Of a DNA stretch of 64,000 nucleotides, positions 24,146 through 35,451 are shown piece after piece. This DNA is from Diplonema japonicum. Lineage: Eukaryota > Protista > Euglenozoa: Diplonemea. A program made the translations under genes and the position numbers. The notes below the pieces were generated by a model that was not told the origin of the DNA, did no database searches, and was given only the letters and a program-made list of their open reading frames with translations. Each line of letters begins with the position of its first letter. Within the stretch, counting starts at the first letter, position 1. The DNA lies in the NCBI GenBank assembly GCA_964019335.1, contig OZ025650.1, positions 186,001 through 250,000 of the forward strand. Direction: 5' to 3'.

Positions 24146-27100
24146 TTACCATGGGATAGGGGGGATGCGGGAAGAGGAGAGAGCGGGGTCATGACCGCAG
24201 AGGGCCTTGGGGATGGTGTTGGAGTGGCGCAAGAGGTGCATTGAGATGAAGTCGATCCAGAGGAAGATCCCGAAGCGACGCTCGATGGGCGTAGTGGTGT
24301 CCTGCTTGGACATGTTTACGGAGTTCACGATGACAATGGCACGTTGGGCCTCAGGGCTGAGGGATTCCCATGTTTTCTTGTCCATCAGTACTAAGCCGTC
24401 GCTAATGTCCTTCCATGTATGAGGGAGCTGGCGTGAGACAACATTCGCACCACCGACCTCCAAGATGCTTGCAAAGACATTGTTAGCACAAACATGGACG
24501 TTCCATCCTCTAAAGGCCCCTCCGCCCAGATTCCTCCAGTACTGCACAGCCTTCGCCAAGAACCGTACCCGATCCATCTCCTTCGAGGAGCTTTTTATCT
24601 TCTTGTCTTCGACAATTTTTTGAACCATTTCATGTGACCATTCGTACTCGTGTTCCTCAAGCCACGACCCTTTACTCCCTGATGCCGTTACCCATTCGGG
24701 TGACATGATCCACTTGCCTGATGACATTGCAATGCAAGTATTCTCTGTTGTGATCAACGCCGATGCCACGTAGTGCGTTGCCTCGGCACACGTCTTTACA
24801 ACAATCCCTCCCAGCTCCTCCACAACTGTCGTGAGGAGCTCAATAGAGGTCGTTGAGATGGATATTGAGCTCTTCGCAGACACTGCAAAGCACACCCTTA
24901 TCATCTTTCGTGTCTTTCCGATATCCGTCTTCGTAACGGTGTCGAAGTTCAAGCAACCCCTCGGTGAAGGCGTCTCCGGGTCCTTCAGCACGGCCTTCAC
25001 AACCGGCGTCGGTTGAGACGATGCTACTGAATAGCTTCCCTTCTCTTGTTCTTTCTCGTCCGTTTTCCCCATCTTCGCGCTGTCCGGGAACAGCACCCAA
25101 TCCGTCTCGATAACAAAGTACCCAGAGGCCGCAGAGGCCGCAAGCCATTCTGCTGTCACACCTAGCACGATGCCGTGTCCACCTTTCTCCGCAGCACCCT
25201 TTGCTTTTTTAATCAGCGTGCTCTTGTACCCCTCCTCCTGGTAGTACGCCTTCATCGTCACAATGTGTGTTGTGACATGGGAGTCGTACCCAGCAGTAAC
25301 TTTTCCACCCATGAGATCCACCGCCTTGGCGAGGAGTTGCTGCTCGTAGACAGGTATGCCTGAGAAGCACACGGCTACACCAATGCCCTGCTTCTTAGCA
25401 GTGCGGAGCTTGCTGTGCTGAAGAAACGGTGATGGGGTCATGCCTGTGCCTTTGAACCCGCTCTGGATGTAAGTCTTGCGAATGGGGATGTGGTACATGA
25501 AGTGAGACGATGGGACTGGGAGGGACCCACCCTCGTTGAGGGTCGTAAGGGTTTTGGTGACAAAGATGACGGCCTCCGTGAAGGTCATGGTGTCGACGGG
25601 GAGGCGCGAGCCCCATGCCCGAGCCCTGTCACGGAACACCTTCTCAGACTTTTCTTTTTCAAGCTCGGAAAGCGATTTCTGAAAATTGAAGCACAGTGAC
25701 AGCCAATCTTCTGTGATGACCTGAACACCTTCCTTAACCTCCTCCCGTGTCTCGCTGACGTGCGCCGACGAGTGGTGCGGGACGACGTGGTAGTCTGCAG
25801 ACCTGTCGCCATGCGGCTTGACAACCTCCCCGCCATGCGACAGGATGATCTTGCATGCAGTAAGCTTGCCTGCCTTTGCGTACTCCAGTGAGATGGAGAA
25901 GACCTTCCCTTTGAACATGTTGGACTTGCCGAATAACTTCTGTGCCTTCTCCACGTTGACGGCCCCTGCTGTCGTCGACACAGACGAAGGGGGCTCCTTG
26001 ACGGGCTTGAGCGGTAACGGTGGCGGCATCGTGTCGATTTTCTTAGGCTGGACGGGAGCACGGATAGGAGGAGCAGGCTGAGGGGGGCGCAACGTGAGCT
26101 TTGCCATGCTGGCTCGAGGCTCCTGTGGTTTTTGGGTAAGAGAGTACAGGTACTTATCGGTGGGGAGGCGTTTGAATTGCAGCAAGCTGTCAAAGATCCA
26201 TTTAATGTTGACAACGTTGGTCGGGGGGAAGACAAAAGACGGGGACACGTAGGTGGACCCACCGGTGGCAATCTGTACTATTTGCTGTTGGTGGAGCAAA
26301 GGCCGCGAGTCGGGTGACGCAACAACAATGTGAGTGGTTCTGGGTGTGATGGTGAGGGTGCGGAAGGCCCCAAGGTGCGCGAGACAGGCAGCAGCCCAGC
26401 AACAACTTCGATCGTCAGCGTCGCCCTTGTGAAGGTACACGCACAGGCCTTTGAAGGGAGCAGTCATGAAGCACGTTTTGGATGATTGTTGCAAGGCATT
26501 CTCCAAGCTGCTCTCCAACGATGCTTCTATCTTCGTAGGCACGGCAGGCTCCGTGTTGATGACAGAATGCTTCGAGATACACTTCTCAGAGACGCTTCTA
26601 GCAGACACCGTCTCCTCTACAAACGAGCCCCACACGACGGGTATGCACTGCTTGTACGCATCGCGGACTATCTCACGAGACAGGACCTCTTGCTGCGAGC
26701 TTTCTGGATCTTGTTTGACGACAAGGATGGAACGCTTTGTGGTTAGGTCGAAGCTGAGTTCTCCGCCGTTTTGCATGATCACATCTGCGATTGGGTCTGT
26801 TGTGAGGAAGCCTGACAGGATCACTGTGAAACCTTTCAAAGCGAGGAGGCACATTTCGCAAGGGTCCAGCCTGTCACCCCCCGCACTGCATTGTTCTATC
26901 CATTCCTTGGTGACGCAGTCTATTTTAAGCTCCAGTGCGGCGTGGACTTTTTCTGTGTTTGTGTGCCCTGCTACCAGTACAGTGACCGCGCTGTTGAACT
27001 GTTCAGAGACCATGGCTCCCATCTTCATGACTGTCTCACCTAGGGCGTCTTTGTCCGATTTTGACAACCCTGTGAAGCTCACGACATCTGATGCTAAGGC

Positions 27101-27190
27101 GCCCGCTTTGTCTTTTCTTTTCTTTTTTGATGGATTTTCAGGCGGGGTATCTATCACGTCTATTCTCCGTTTTCTGCCCTTCGGAGGCAT
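24146..27190 (-). CDS. Multi-BRCT protein, TOPBP1-like
   Basis: Several BRCT repeats (VSFTGLS..VTKEWIEQC, TTHIV, VITEDWL, VTAEWL, WIMSPEWV..EHEYEW, AFRGWNV). Confidence 0.75.
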   Translation of the reverse strand: MPPKGRKRRIDVIDTPPENPSKKKRKDKAGALASDVVSFTGLSKSDKDALGETVMKMGAMVSEQFNSAVTVLVAGHTNTEKVHAALELKIDCVTKEWIEQCSAGGDRLDPCEMCLLALKGFTVILSGFLTTDPIADVIMQNGGELSFDLTTKRSILVVKQDPESSQQEVLSREIVRDAYKQCIPVVWGSFVEETVSARSVSEKCISKHSVINTEPAVPTKIEASLESSLENALQQSSKTCFMTAPFKGLCVYLHKGDADDRSCCWAAACLAHLGAFRTLTITPRTTHIVVASPDSRPLLHQQQIVQIATGGSTYVSPSFVFPPTNVVNIKWIFDSLLQFKRLPTDKYLYSLTQKPQEPRASMAKLTLRPPQPAPPIRAPVQPKKIDTMPPPLPLKPVKEPPSSVSTTAGAVNVEKAQKLFGKSNMFKGKVFSISLEYAKAGKLTACKIILSHGGEVVKPHGDRSADYHVVPHHSSAHVSETREEVKEGVQVITEDWLSLCFNFQKSLSELEKEKSEKVFRDRARAWGSRLPVDTMTFTEAVIFVTKTLTTLNEGGSLPVPSSHFMYHIPIRKTYIQSGFKGTGMTPSPFLQHSKLRTAKKQGIGVAVCFSGIPVYEQQLLAKAVDLMGGKVTAGYDSHVTTHIVTMKAYYQEEGYKSTLIKKAKGAAEKGGHGIVLGVTAEWLAASAASGYFVIETDWVLFPDSAKMGKTDEKEQEKGSYSVASSQPTPVVKAVLKDPETPSPRGCLNFDTVTKTDIGKTRKMIRVCFAVSAKSSISISTTSIELLTTVVEELGGIVVKTCAEATHYVASALITTENTCIAMSSGKWIMSPEWVTASGSKGSWLEEHEYEWSHEMVQKIVEDKKIKSSSKEMDRVRFLAKAVQYWRNLGGGAFRGWNVHVCANNVFASILEVGGANVVSRQLPHTWKDISDGLVLMDKKTWESLSPEAQRAIVIVNSVNMSKQDTTTPIERRFGIFLWIDFISMHLLRHSNTIPKALCGHDPALSSSRIPPIPW

Positions 27191-27914
27191 TTTTCACCTC
27201 CCCTTTCCTTTTGATTGTTAAAGGTGTTATGGGGCATTGCGAACATGAAACGAAACACACAAAAAAAAAGAGGAAAAAAAAAAAAAAAAAAAAAAAACAA
27301 GACGAGGAGGGAGTGTTTTGTGATCGAATGGGTACGGGGCGGGTTGGAAAAATGGAAAGGAGAATGAAAGGGGAAAAAAAGGAGAAAGTAGGGGGGGTTC
27401 TTTGTGTATACCTCTTTTTCCTTGATTTGTTTTTTTCTTCTTCTTTTTTTGTGCCTCCTTTTTTTAATTTTTGTTTCTTTTGAAATTTGTGCGGGGGAGA
27501 AGGATCATGAAAGGAAGACGGCAATTTCTTTTGAAAAAACTAACCGAGAAATATTTAAAAAAAAGAAGTGAAGAAAAGAAAGCATGGGGAACCCATAAAA
27601 AAATAGAAGAAGGATGACTTGAAGATGCCATAATCAGGGGCAAAAAAAAAAAAATACATCTGTGGGGAAAAAGAAAAAAAAAGAGAGAAATAAAAAAAAA
27701 AGGAAACCGACACTTAAGAACACGACCCCTTGATCACCTGAATTTCTCCCGCCTCTCTTTCGAAAAAAAAAATAATAAAAAGAACCCGCCCTTATTGCAA
27801 TCCTGCTTACTCTCCGTCAAAAAAAAAGAAAAAAAAAAAAAAAAAAAGAGAGGAAGAAGGAAAAGAGAGGAAAATTCATTTGAAAAAAAAAAAAAAAAAA
27901 AAAATACTATTTAC

Positions 27915-29096
27915 TTACAATTCCATGCGCATCTCAGCAATGACTTCCCTGACGGCACTGAGGAGAGCTTCGCTGTCTTCTGGGAGAATGTCGCCAATGT
28001 GGCCGATACGGAAGCAAGGTGCCTTTGCCGCTTTGCCAGGGTAGATAACGAACCCTCTCTCGTTAAGCTTGTCGTAGAACTTCAGGAAGTTCCAGTTCTC
28101 GTGAGTGGGGAACTTGAAAGAGGTGATGATGTGCCCGAAGGACGGCTTGCTGTCATCGAGGTACAATTCGAAACCGATAGCCTTCATGCCTTCGGTAATG
28201 ATTTTCTGGTTTCTGTTGTACCGTGCAGACCTGGCAGGCACACCACCTTCAACTTGCAACTCCTTCAAAGCCTGATGGAACGCCATGATGACCTGAACAG
28301 GGGGTGTGTTGTTAAACTGCCCTGATGCGTTCAAACCCTTGTCCTGCATGTGAAGGTCAAGAGTGTAACTTCTCGCATTGCCCTCAAACTTCGCCAAAGT
28401 GGATTTCTTTGCGAGGATAATGGAGAACCCGGGCACACCCTGCACACACTTGTTCGAGGAGGACACAAGAGCATCCACACCAAGCTTGTTGCAGTCAATC
28501 TCAACTCCACCAAAGCTGGACATGGCATCCACGAAGTACTGCGCGTTTTTGCAGTTCGCTCTGATGAGATCGCCGAGCTCCTGAATAGGGTTGATGACAC
28601 CAGTGGAGGTCTCGCAGTGTACAATGGAGACCATCGAGGCGTCGGCATGTTCCTTTAGGAAGGCCGCTGCCTGTTCCATGCAGATGGGCCTGTCTTCTTC
28701 ACCTTCAAAGAATGCAACTTCGATGCCCAGCCTCACACAGATGTTCTTCATCCTGTCGCCGTACGCTCCGTTTCTGAAGATCACGATCTTGCCGCCTTTT
28801 GGGATCATTGTGCTGCATACAGCCTCCACACCCATGGACCCGCTTCCCTGTAGTGGAATGCAAGTGAACTCTTCGTTGCTGACGCCTGCAGCATCCAGAA
28901 GGCCCTGTCGTACCTCCGCTACGGCGTCGATGAAGAAGCTGTCCCTGCTGCCGTAGTCCACCATCATCGCCTCCCGAACAGTCGTCGTTGTCGACAGCGG
29001 GCCGGGTGTGAAGAGGATCCCGCCCGCCTTGTCCTTGTATGCTGCCATCTTGCGCAGAGTCGCGCTGAAACATCTCCTTTGCACGTTGCTCAACAT
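27915..29096 (-). CDS. phnW: 2-aminoethylphosphonate:pyruvate transaminase with a mitochondrial-type presequence
   Basis: LFTPGPL, DYGSRD, QGSGS, NGAYG, VHCETSTG, VDAMSSFG, SSNKCVQGVPG, FVIYPGK, FRIGHIG; N-terminus MLSNVQRRCFSATLRK. Confidence 0.93.
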   Translation of the reverse strand: MLSNVQRRCFSATLRKMAAYKDKAGGILFTPGPLSTTTTVREAMMVDYGSRDSFFIDAVAEVRQGLLDAAGVSNEEFTCIPLQGSGSMGVEAVCSTMIPKGGKIVIFRNGAYGDRMKNICVRLGIEVAFFEGEEDRPICMEQAAAFLKEHADASMVSIVHCETSTGVINPIQELGDLIRANCKNAQYFVDAMSSFGGVEIDCNKLGVDALVSSSNKCVQGVPGFSIILAKKSTLAKFEGNARSYTLDLHMQDKGLNASGQFNNTPPVQVIMAFHQALKELQVEGGVPARSARYNRNQKIITEGMKAIGFELYLDDSKPSFGHIITSFKFPTHENWNFLKFYDKLNERGFVIYPGKAAKAPCFRIGHIGDILPEDSEALLSAVREVIAEMRMEL

Positions 29097-29158
29097 TTTT
29101 TTTTATTTTTTTTTTTTTTATATTTTCCTCTTTTTTTTTTTTGGGTTTTTATTGTTAA

Positions 29159-30733
29159 CCCATAAAGGACCGCTATTTTTCGTTTAAAAAGTCGATTTTG
29201 AACTTTTCGTTCAAATACCAAAATAAAATGGCGAGGGTGGAGTTAGAGGGTGTGTACCTATATTATTTTCACTACTCCATTTCTGGAGCGCGAAGCGGCC
29301 TGCATTTCAGCCCCAGACGCGCCCAAACTTTGGTGGTAGAGCAGCATTTGAGAGAAACAACTCTTGCAAAGGGCACATGCTATCCGGAGGTTCCATGGTT
29401 TCGGCGAGCAGCGCTTATTCAGCGTGCAGGGTGGGCTGGTTATTTTTTTTTCACCACTTATGGCCGTTCTTTGAACACAAGGTCTGAGGTGCCGCAGATA
29501 TGCGACTTGTCCAATTTAAACGTATTTCTATTTTCAAGTGGTTTTCAAGAGGTTTTCAGGTGGTTTTTTAAGGTGTCGTTAGTGTGAAAAAATTCGAAAC
29601 AGGGCACAGGGCACAGAGCACAGAGCACAGGGCACATTGCTACGTTGCAATCTCTGCACGAGAACATGGCCTGGGTGCGTTTTTTCTCTAATTTGTTGCA
29701 CACAGTGCAATTCCGTGCCTTTGAGGGGTAGGTTCTTAGGCTCCGGCGGGGAACACTTGATGTGGGTGCCACCCTTTTGCGATGATGTTGTTTGACAAGA
29801 TTTCTTTGCCACACACTTGCTGACGCTGAATGGGTATTCTGGGAGCAATTTCCGGGTTTTCCTGATGGTCCCCATGCAGTGGAAATCCGCATTGTAACAA
29901 GTCGACAATGGGACAAGCGAAAGCAGTTGTCAAAGACAATCCAGTAATTCTGGTGCTGATATTCGGTGAGCAGCTCTGCCTCTTTCCCCCGGGTGCCCGC
30001 GCCGGTACAAACAATCATGTTTAGAGTGTAACCGGTGTCTGATTTGCATTTTGAACCCATAACGCTTCCTCTTCTTCGGCTCATAAACAATGAACCCGAC
30101 ACGGCTTCTACAGCGTATGATGGTTCATCCACAGCAAGGTTTCGCTTGGGTACATACAGGGATGACCAAGAAGTAACCACAAGATTTATAAGATTGCGCC
30201 CTTTAGCCATTCTGTCTCCTTCTCCTCCACCAGGGGGCAACCCGCATTTGGCGCATTATTCTCAGGAGCCTGTTTCTTTCCATTACCGTTCAGAAATATT
30301 GTGAATATGGGGTATCTGTGAGTTCGGAGGGGCGCCCTATCAAAAACAAAGGAAAAACCTCCAGCCCGTTGAGACCCACTACTGGTACACTTGGACCTGG
30401 TACCTTGCGAAATATTTTCCTCCCCACCTTCTCGATTTTGTCATCCCATTCCATATCCGGGATATCCCCATCATCCGGTGACACTGACCCTTCTTCAGAA
30501 GTACTTTCGGTACAACTCCTTATGGTGTAAAAAAAACAATGTCTGTGCCACTATTTTTTTTCTCCCCTTGCAGTTTTAGATACAAAAATTTACGGGCGAC
30601 ATAGCGTTCAGTATAAAAAAAGTCGCGCAATAAGGCCCCTCTTTAAAGAGTGGGCACGCAGAGCACTAAAAGTGCCTTTGCAGAATTTAAAAAAAAACTT
30701 TTAGCTGAATATTCAGCTCCGGTCCTTTATGGG
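29159..30733 (-). mobile_element. Defective piggyBac transposon
   Basis: 14-bp TIR CCCATAAAGGACCG; TTAA at 29155-29158 and 30734-30737. Transposase relics NLAVDE, GYTLN, IVFDN, CMGTIRK and the C-terminal CTVC..CRDCNVAMC..CFEFFH domain. Confidence 0.92.
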
Positions 30734-30983
30734 TTAAAAAACAGATGACAAAAAATATAATGTGTCAAAAAAAAAATGGAAAGGTACATATCTAGGGGAG
30801 TTTTTTTTTTTAAAAAGAAGAAAAAAAAGAAAAAAAAGAAGGGGAGAAAAAAAAAAGGAAAAAAAAAATCTAACTTTTTTTTTTTCTTTCCTCTCTCTTT
30901 TTGTACAGTATCCTTTTTTTTTTCTTTTTTTTTCTTCTTTTTTTCTTCTGTTTGTTTTAACAAAAATGGGTGTTGTATAAAAT

Positions 30984-31658
30984 TCACTCCAACGGAACCA
31001 GTCGGCCTTGGGGGTCGTACCCACGAATCGGTTCTGAGTCAACGGATGAAACAGGTAGCTCAGAAGGGGGTAGAACAAGGGGCGGCGAAGGGGATCGCCG
31101 GCGTTGGTTGAGAAGGGACTGCAGCTCACGGGCACAGTGTGCGAGCTGTCGCTCCTCGTGGAGAATGAGCTCTTGCTGCTTCTGGAGGGCGAGGGCTTCT
31201 TGGTGGAAGCTAAGACATCCGGAAGAAGACCGGATGCTCAGCGACTTTTCTGAATTCGCAAAACTATCGGCATAAGAAGTAGGTACCACCGACTGATCAT
31301 CCAAGATAGAGGCAACAGTGGAGCTTCGTGATTCTTGCACTAATTGTGGTACAGTGTTGGGAATAAACACAGGGTCGGTTTTTAAGGGGTTCACAATGCA
31401 GCTTTCTTGTGTCACAAGCGGTTCTTCTAGTTGTGTGTTAGTTGGCACTTCTGAGACTTGGATTTGTGCTTTTCGTTGATTTTTTCTCTTCTTTCTGCAT
31501 ATTAGTAACACCCCCGCCACCACCAAGCCTCCCAGCACCCCCGCACACAGTGTTGTCTCCCAGCCCCATGAAAAGCCATCGTCGTCCTGTAGTACGGGCT
31601 GTCCCTCTACTAGGCACAACAACGTTGCTGCTGCTACTACTGTCGGACCAGACTTCAT
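30984..31658 (-). CDS. Single-pass type I membrane protein, unknown function
   Basis: Signal-like MKSGPTVVAAATLLCLVEG; TM followed by RKKRK. Confidence 0.65.
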   Translation of the reverse strand: MKSGPTVVAAATLLCLVEGQPVLQDDDGFSWGWETTLCAGVLGGLVVAGVLLICRKKRKNQRKAQIQVSEVPTNTQLEEPLVTQESCIVNPLKTDPVFIPNTVPQLVQESRSSTVASILDDQSVVPTSYADSFANSEKSLSIRSSSGCLSFHQEALALQKQQELILHEERQLAHCARELQSLLNQRRRSPSPPLVLPPSELPVSSVDSEPIRGYDPQGRLVPLE

Positions 31659-32246
31659 TTCATAGTTTTCTTTTCTTCTTCTTTTTTTAGGATTCTTTTT
31701 TAATTTACTTTTTTTTCTTCTTCTTCTTCCCGTTGAAACAAGGATTAACAAAAAAATAAAATAAAAAAGGGAAAAGAGAGGAGTGGAACCATAAAGTGGG
31801 TAGAAGGTGAAGAAGGGGCTTTAAAATAAATAAAATAAGGAATAACACTCAAACAAAAAAAAAAGGGGGGTGAAAATAAAAAAAAGAAAAGCGGCTTTAT
31901 TTATTTTTTTTTTAAATTTCTTTTTTCCTTTTTTTTTTTTACGTTTGCCTCAGTTCTGCGCAGTCCTATTTGGTTTGCCTTCATGCTTCGGTGCGATTAG
32001 GATAGAAAGTTAAAAAAGTAAAATGAATTCCGGAAGCTTCCAGGCATTGCCCGTCTAAGGAACTTCGCCTTTGCACAAAAAAAAAAAAAAAAAATGAGAA
32101 TAAAAATAAAGTAAAATAGAAACCCTTTTGCGTTACGTTAGCCAAATAAAATTCCAATAAAAAAAAAAAAGAGATGAAAAAGTCAAAGATACCATAATTA
32201 AAGAAGTGAACTGGGATTATAAAAAGGGGGAAAAGAAGAAGCAGGT

Positions 32247-32291
32247 ATCACGTGTATTAGGGAGGTAACTAAGGTCAAGTGGCGCAACTTT
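32247..32291 (-). promoter_or_regulatory. Conserved 45-nt block 3' of MVP copy 1
   Basis: Identical to 38636-38680 although the flanks diverge. Confidence 0.55.
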
Positions 32292-32376
32292 TGCACACTT
32301 TTTTTTTTTTTCTCTTTTTTTTTTCGACTCCTTTTCCTTGTTCTTTCTGTACTAAATGTCAAGTAACACCTGATAC

Positions 32377-35081
32377 TTACTGCTGCCCAGGAAGGCCACC
32401 AATCATGCCACCTGCAGTGTTGAAGAGGTTGATGGGGGAGTTCCCGTCCGTAATGAGGTACCTGTTTGGTGTTTTGTATTCAATAGAATTTCCGTGTTAA
32501 AAATCTAGACATACCCCTTCAGGTTCAGCCCCTCGAGGAGCTTTGCCTGCATCTCCGGCCCTGCCCTGGCCATGGCGAGCACGGTCTCGGGCCCGATCGC
32601 GTCCATTGTGTCTGCGAACTTCTTCGCCTCGATCTCGCTGAGCTTCTTCGTCTTCTCCACCTCAAGGTTGTTCAGCCTGTGCTGGTACTCCAGAGTCGCC
32701 TTGTGCTTCGACTTCATCATCTCCATCTCAGCGTCAGCACTGATTCTCTGAGCGTCTGCCTTCAGCTGTGCCTGCTGGAGCTCGCTGTTGGCCTCGATGA
32801 GCATCGCCTCCGCCCTTGCCTCTGCCTCAGCCTTCGCCTGCCCAGTGGCCTCGATGGCCTCACTCTCGGCTTGCAGCTTCAGGTACTCCTTCTTCTGCTT
32901 CTCGGACTCTTGGGCATCCTGTTTTTTTTGTTTTGTTTTGTTTTGTTTTGTTTTGTTCTGTTCACACCCTCAGCTTGCGTCTTTCAAGCTCACTGCCAGC
33001 CTTCTGGGCATCCCTCTCAGCCATGTGCCTCGCCGTAGCCTCCTGGGACTTTGTGGTGATCTCGATGGCGAGCTGCACAGACTTCTGCAGAGAGTCCCTC
33101 GTCTTCTGGTCCACAGGCTCCACAGACTGGATGTCGACGTTCGTGATGGCCAAGTTGTTGGCGACAAACCTGAACTCGTCACGGATCTTCTTGTTCTCGT
33201 TGAATCCGAAGACGGCTCCCCTGATGATCTTGGCGGAGTTCCTGTGGAAGGAGTCGAAGGATTCCATTGCAATCTGCCCACGGATCCTCCCGGCCATCGC
33301 CTTGCAGGCGTCACCCACGAAGTCGGGAACCGAGAACACCTTCTTGCACTCGTCAGCGTCGCTCTTGTCGAGGGCGAACCTCCAGTTGTAGGAGAGGCGC
33401 AGCTCCAGCCTTGCATGGTCGCTCGTCTCCACCGTGATCAGGTCAGTCATGAAGGCGGGCCCGAGGTGCAGCTGCAGCGACCCGATCACGTGCGGGCGCT
33501 TTGGCTTGTCACCGCTGAGGGACAGCACGGTGAAGCTCTCGTCCGGCTGCAGCATCACGAGGTCGGGACCGAACACAATACGCGGCTCCTTTCCAGCGTA
33601 GTCGTAGATCTGGACAGCAGCGTTGTGTGAGATGTTGAACCTCACAGCCTTCGTCTTGTCCCTCGGCACCATCGTCCGTGCCTGGTCCTTCACGTTGTGC
33701 TTCATCCCCTTCGGGCACTGCAGAAGTTCCTCAACCACTGGAGGAAGTTCCTTCTCCCAAAGTACCTCGTCCTCCGCAAGCATGCACGCCTTCCCGGTCA
33801 CCATCGTCACCTTCCCCGTGGTCTCGTTCCTGATGTACACACCCTCGTTGTCGTCAAGAGGGATTGCCCTGCGCTTGTCAATCACCTCCACCTCCGTCGG
33901 GGGGATGTACTCCAAAGGCCCCCTCAGCATCCACTTCTCACCAGGAACCCTCGCCGTCCCGTTGTCTTTGAAGGCCTCCAGTGCCTTCACCAAGATCGCC
34001 TCGTCTGCCCCCAGGATCTCGATGTCGTGAACACAGTCGTCGGCAAGCCTCTCACCGGGGTGCAGGAAGAACGAGGTTCCTTCACCCTCCCCTCGTCGGA
34101 TCTCCCTGTGCCCGAATCGCTGCACTCCATCTGTGATGGGGTCGATCACAACGCAGTACTGCCTGTTCGAGAGGGTGGTGATGTTCACGGTCCTGATCAC
34201 CTTCTCATCCACCTTTTGTTTTTTTTAGTATTGTTATTATTTATCTTGCTGTTGTGTGATCATACCTCAGGGATGAAGGCGGAGGTGTCGTGCAGCGTCA
34301 CAAGCCACCTCTCCCCAGCGCACCTCTTCTTCTTGAAGATGTCAGTGTGGGTCGTGATAGCCTCCACCTCAACAGCCTTCCTGTCCGTCAGAACCTTCGC
34401 CTCCACAGTCCCAACCACTTCCTCCTCCACAGCAGGCATGTACGCCCCGTCTTCCCTGATCAGCCACTCCTCCCCTCCCTTCCTCTCATTCCCGGACTCG
34501 TCCGTGAAGTCCACCTTCGCTCGGATCCTCAAGGCCTCATTCGGCTTCACAACCTTTGCACCCACCTTCGCCACGAAAGCCACCTTCTCGCTGGGAATGT
34601 AGGTCCTGGGACCGAGGAAGAGCCACTCGTCGCCAGCCTTCCTCTCCACCCCGGTATCCGCGTCAGTGAAGTCCCTCTCGGCCTTCAGGCGCAGGGCAGT
34701 GTTCTTTGGTACGACGGTCAGCTTCTTGATGGGTTGTTCTCCCTTCACATCCTTCCCGACAAGCACCTCACCAGGGTACAGGGGGAACGGCATCGTCCAC
34801 TGCTTCCCGTCGTTCACCCTCACCTCCTCGTCCCCGAAGCGAACAGACGCCTGCCCGTGCTCATCGGGGAGGGCCGTCCCGTCCGCATCCCGCTTGATCG
34901 GGTTCTTCACCCTGCAGAAGCACTGCGGCGGGAGGGCGATGAACTTCTCAGGTCCAGCCACCACCCTCTCGTGGTCCCTCTTCGTGAAGGTGTCCGGTCC
35001 CAGCACCGCTGTGATCAGGTTCGCATTGTTGTCAAGCACATGGATGTACTCATCCCTCTTCAGTCGGATTACTTCACCCAT
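32377..35081 (-). CDS. MVP: Major vault protein, copy 1; three introns
   Basis: YIHVLDNN, PFPLYPGE, AGDEWLFLGP, LSLSGDKPK, VETSDHARL, SVPDFVGDACK, QKSVQLAIEITTKSQE, AGPEMQAKLL, LITDGNSPINLFNTA. Confidence 0.97.
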
Positions 35082-35451
35082 CTTTTTCTGCTGTGTATTC
35101 TTGGCCCTGTGTGGTTTTTGTTTCTGTTTTTTTTAAAAGGCCCAGGTTACCGGAAGATGCCATATCCGACGGCACTACAATTCCGCGGGCCATCCTGTCC
35201 TCTCTGGTTGATGGTGGCCACCCGATGCATTGCAGTTTCTGCGCATGGCCATCGCCCGGCTGGATTGGGACTCACCCCCAACAACGACATTCTTGTTAGG
35301 AAAGCACATCGAACAGCCTTCGTTGGAACTTTTTTTTTCCGGGTTTGTCAGAAAGCTTCCAAGAAAGCCCGACTTAAAAATGCTCTCATGCACAATGGGA
35401 ATCACCACGCGCCTCAAATCTCTAGCACACGCTTGTGCTCAACACTGAATA

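Noticed and set aside
32340-32360. Spliced-leader-like TTTCTGTACTA
   Set aside because: Only a short match; no SL exon 5' part, donor site or Sm site.
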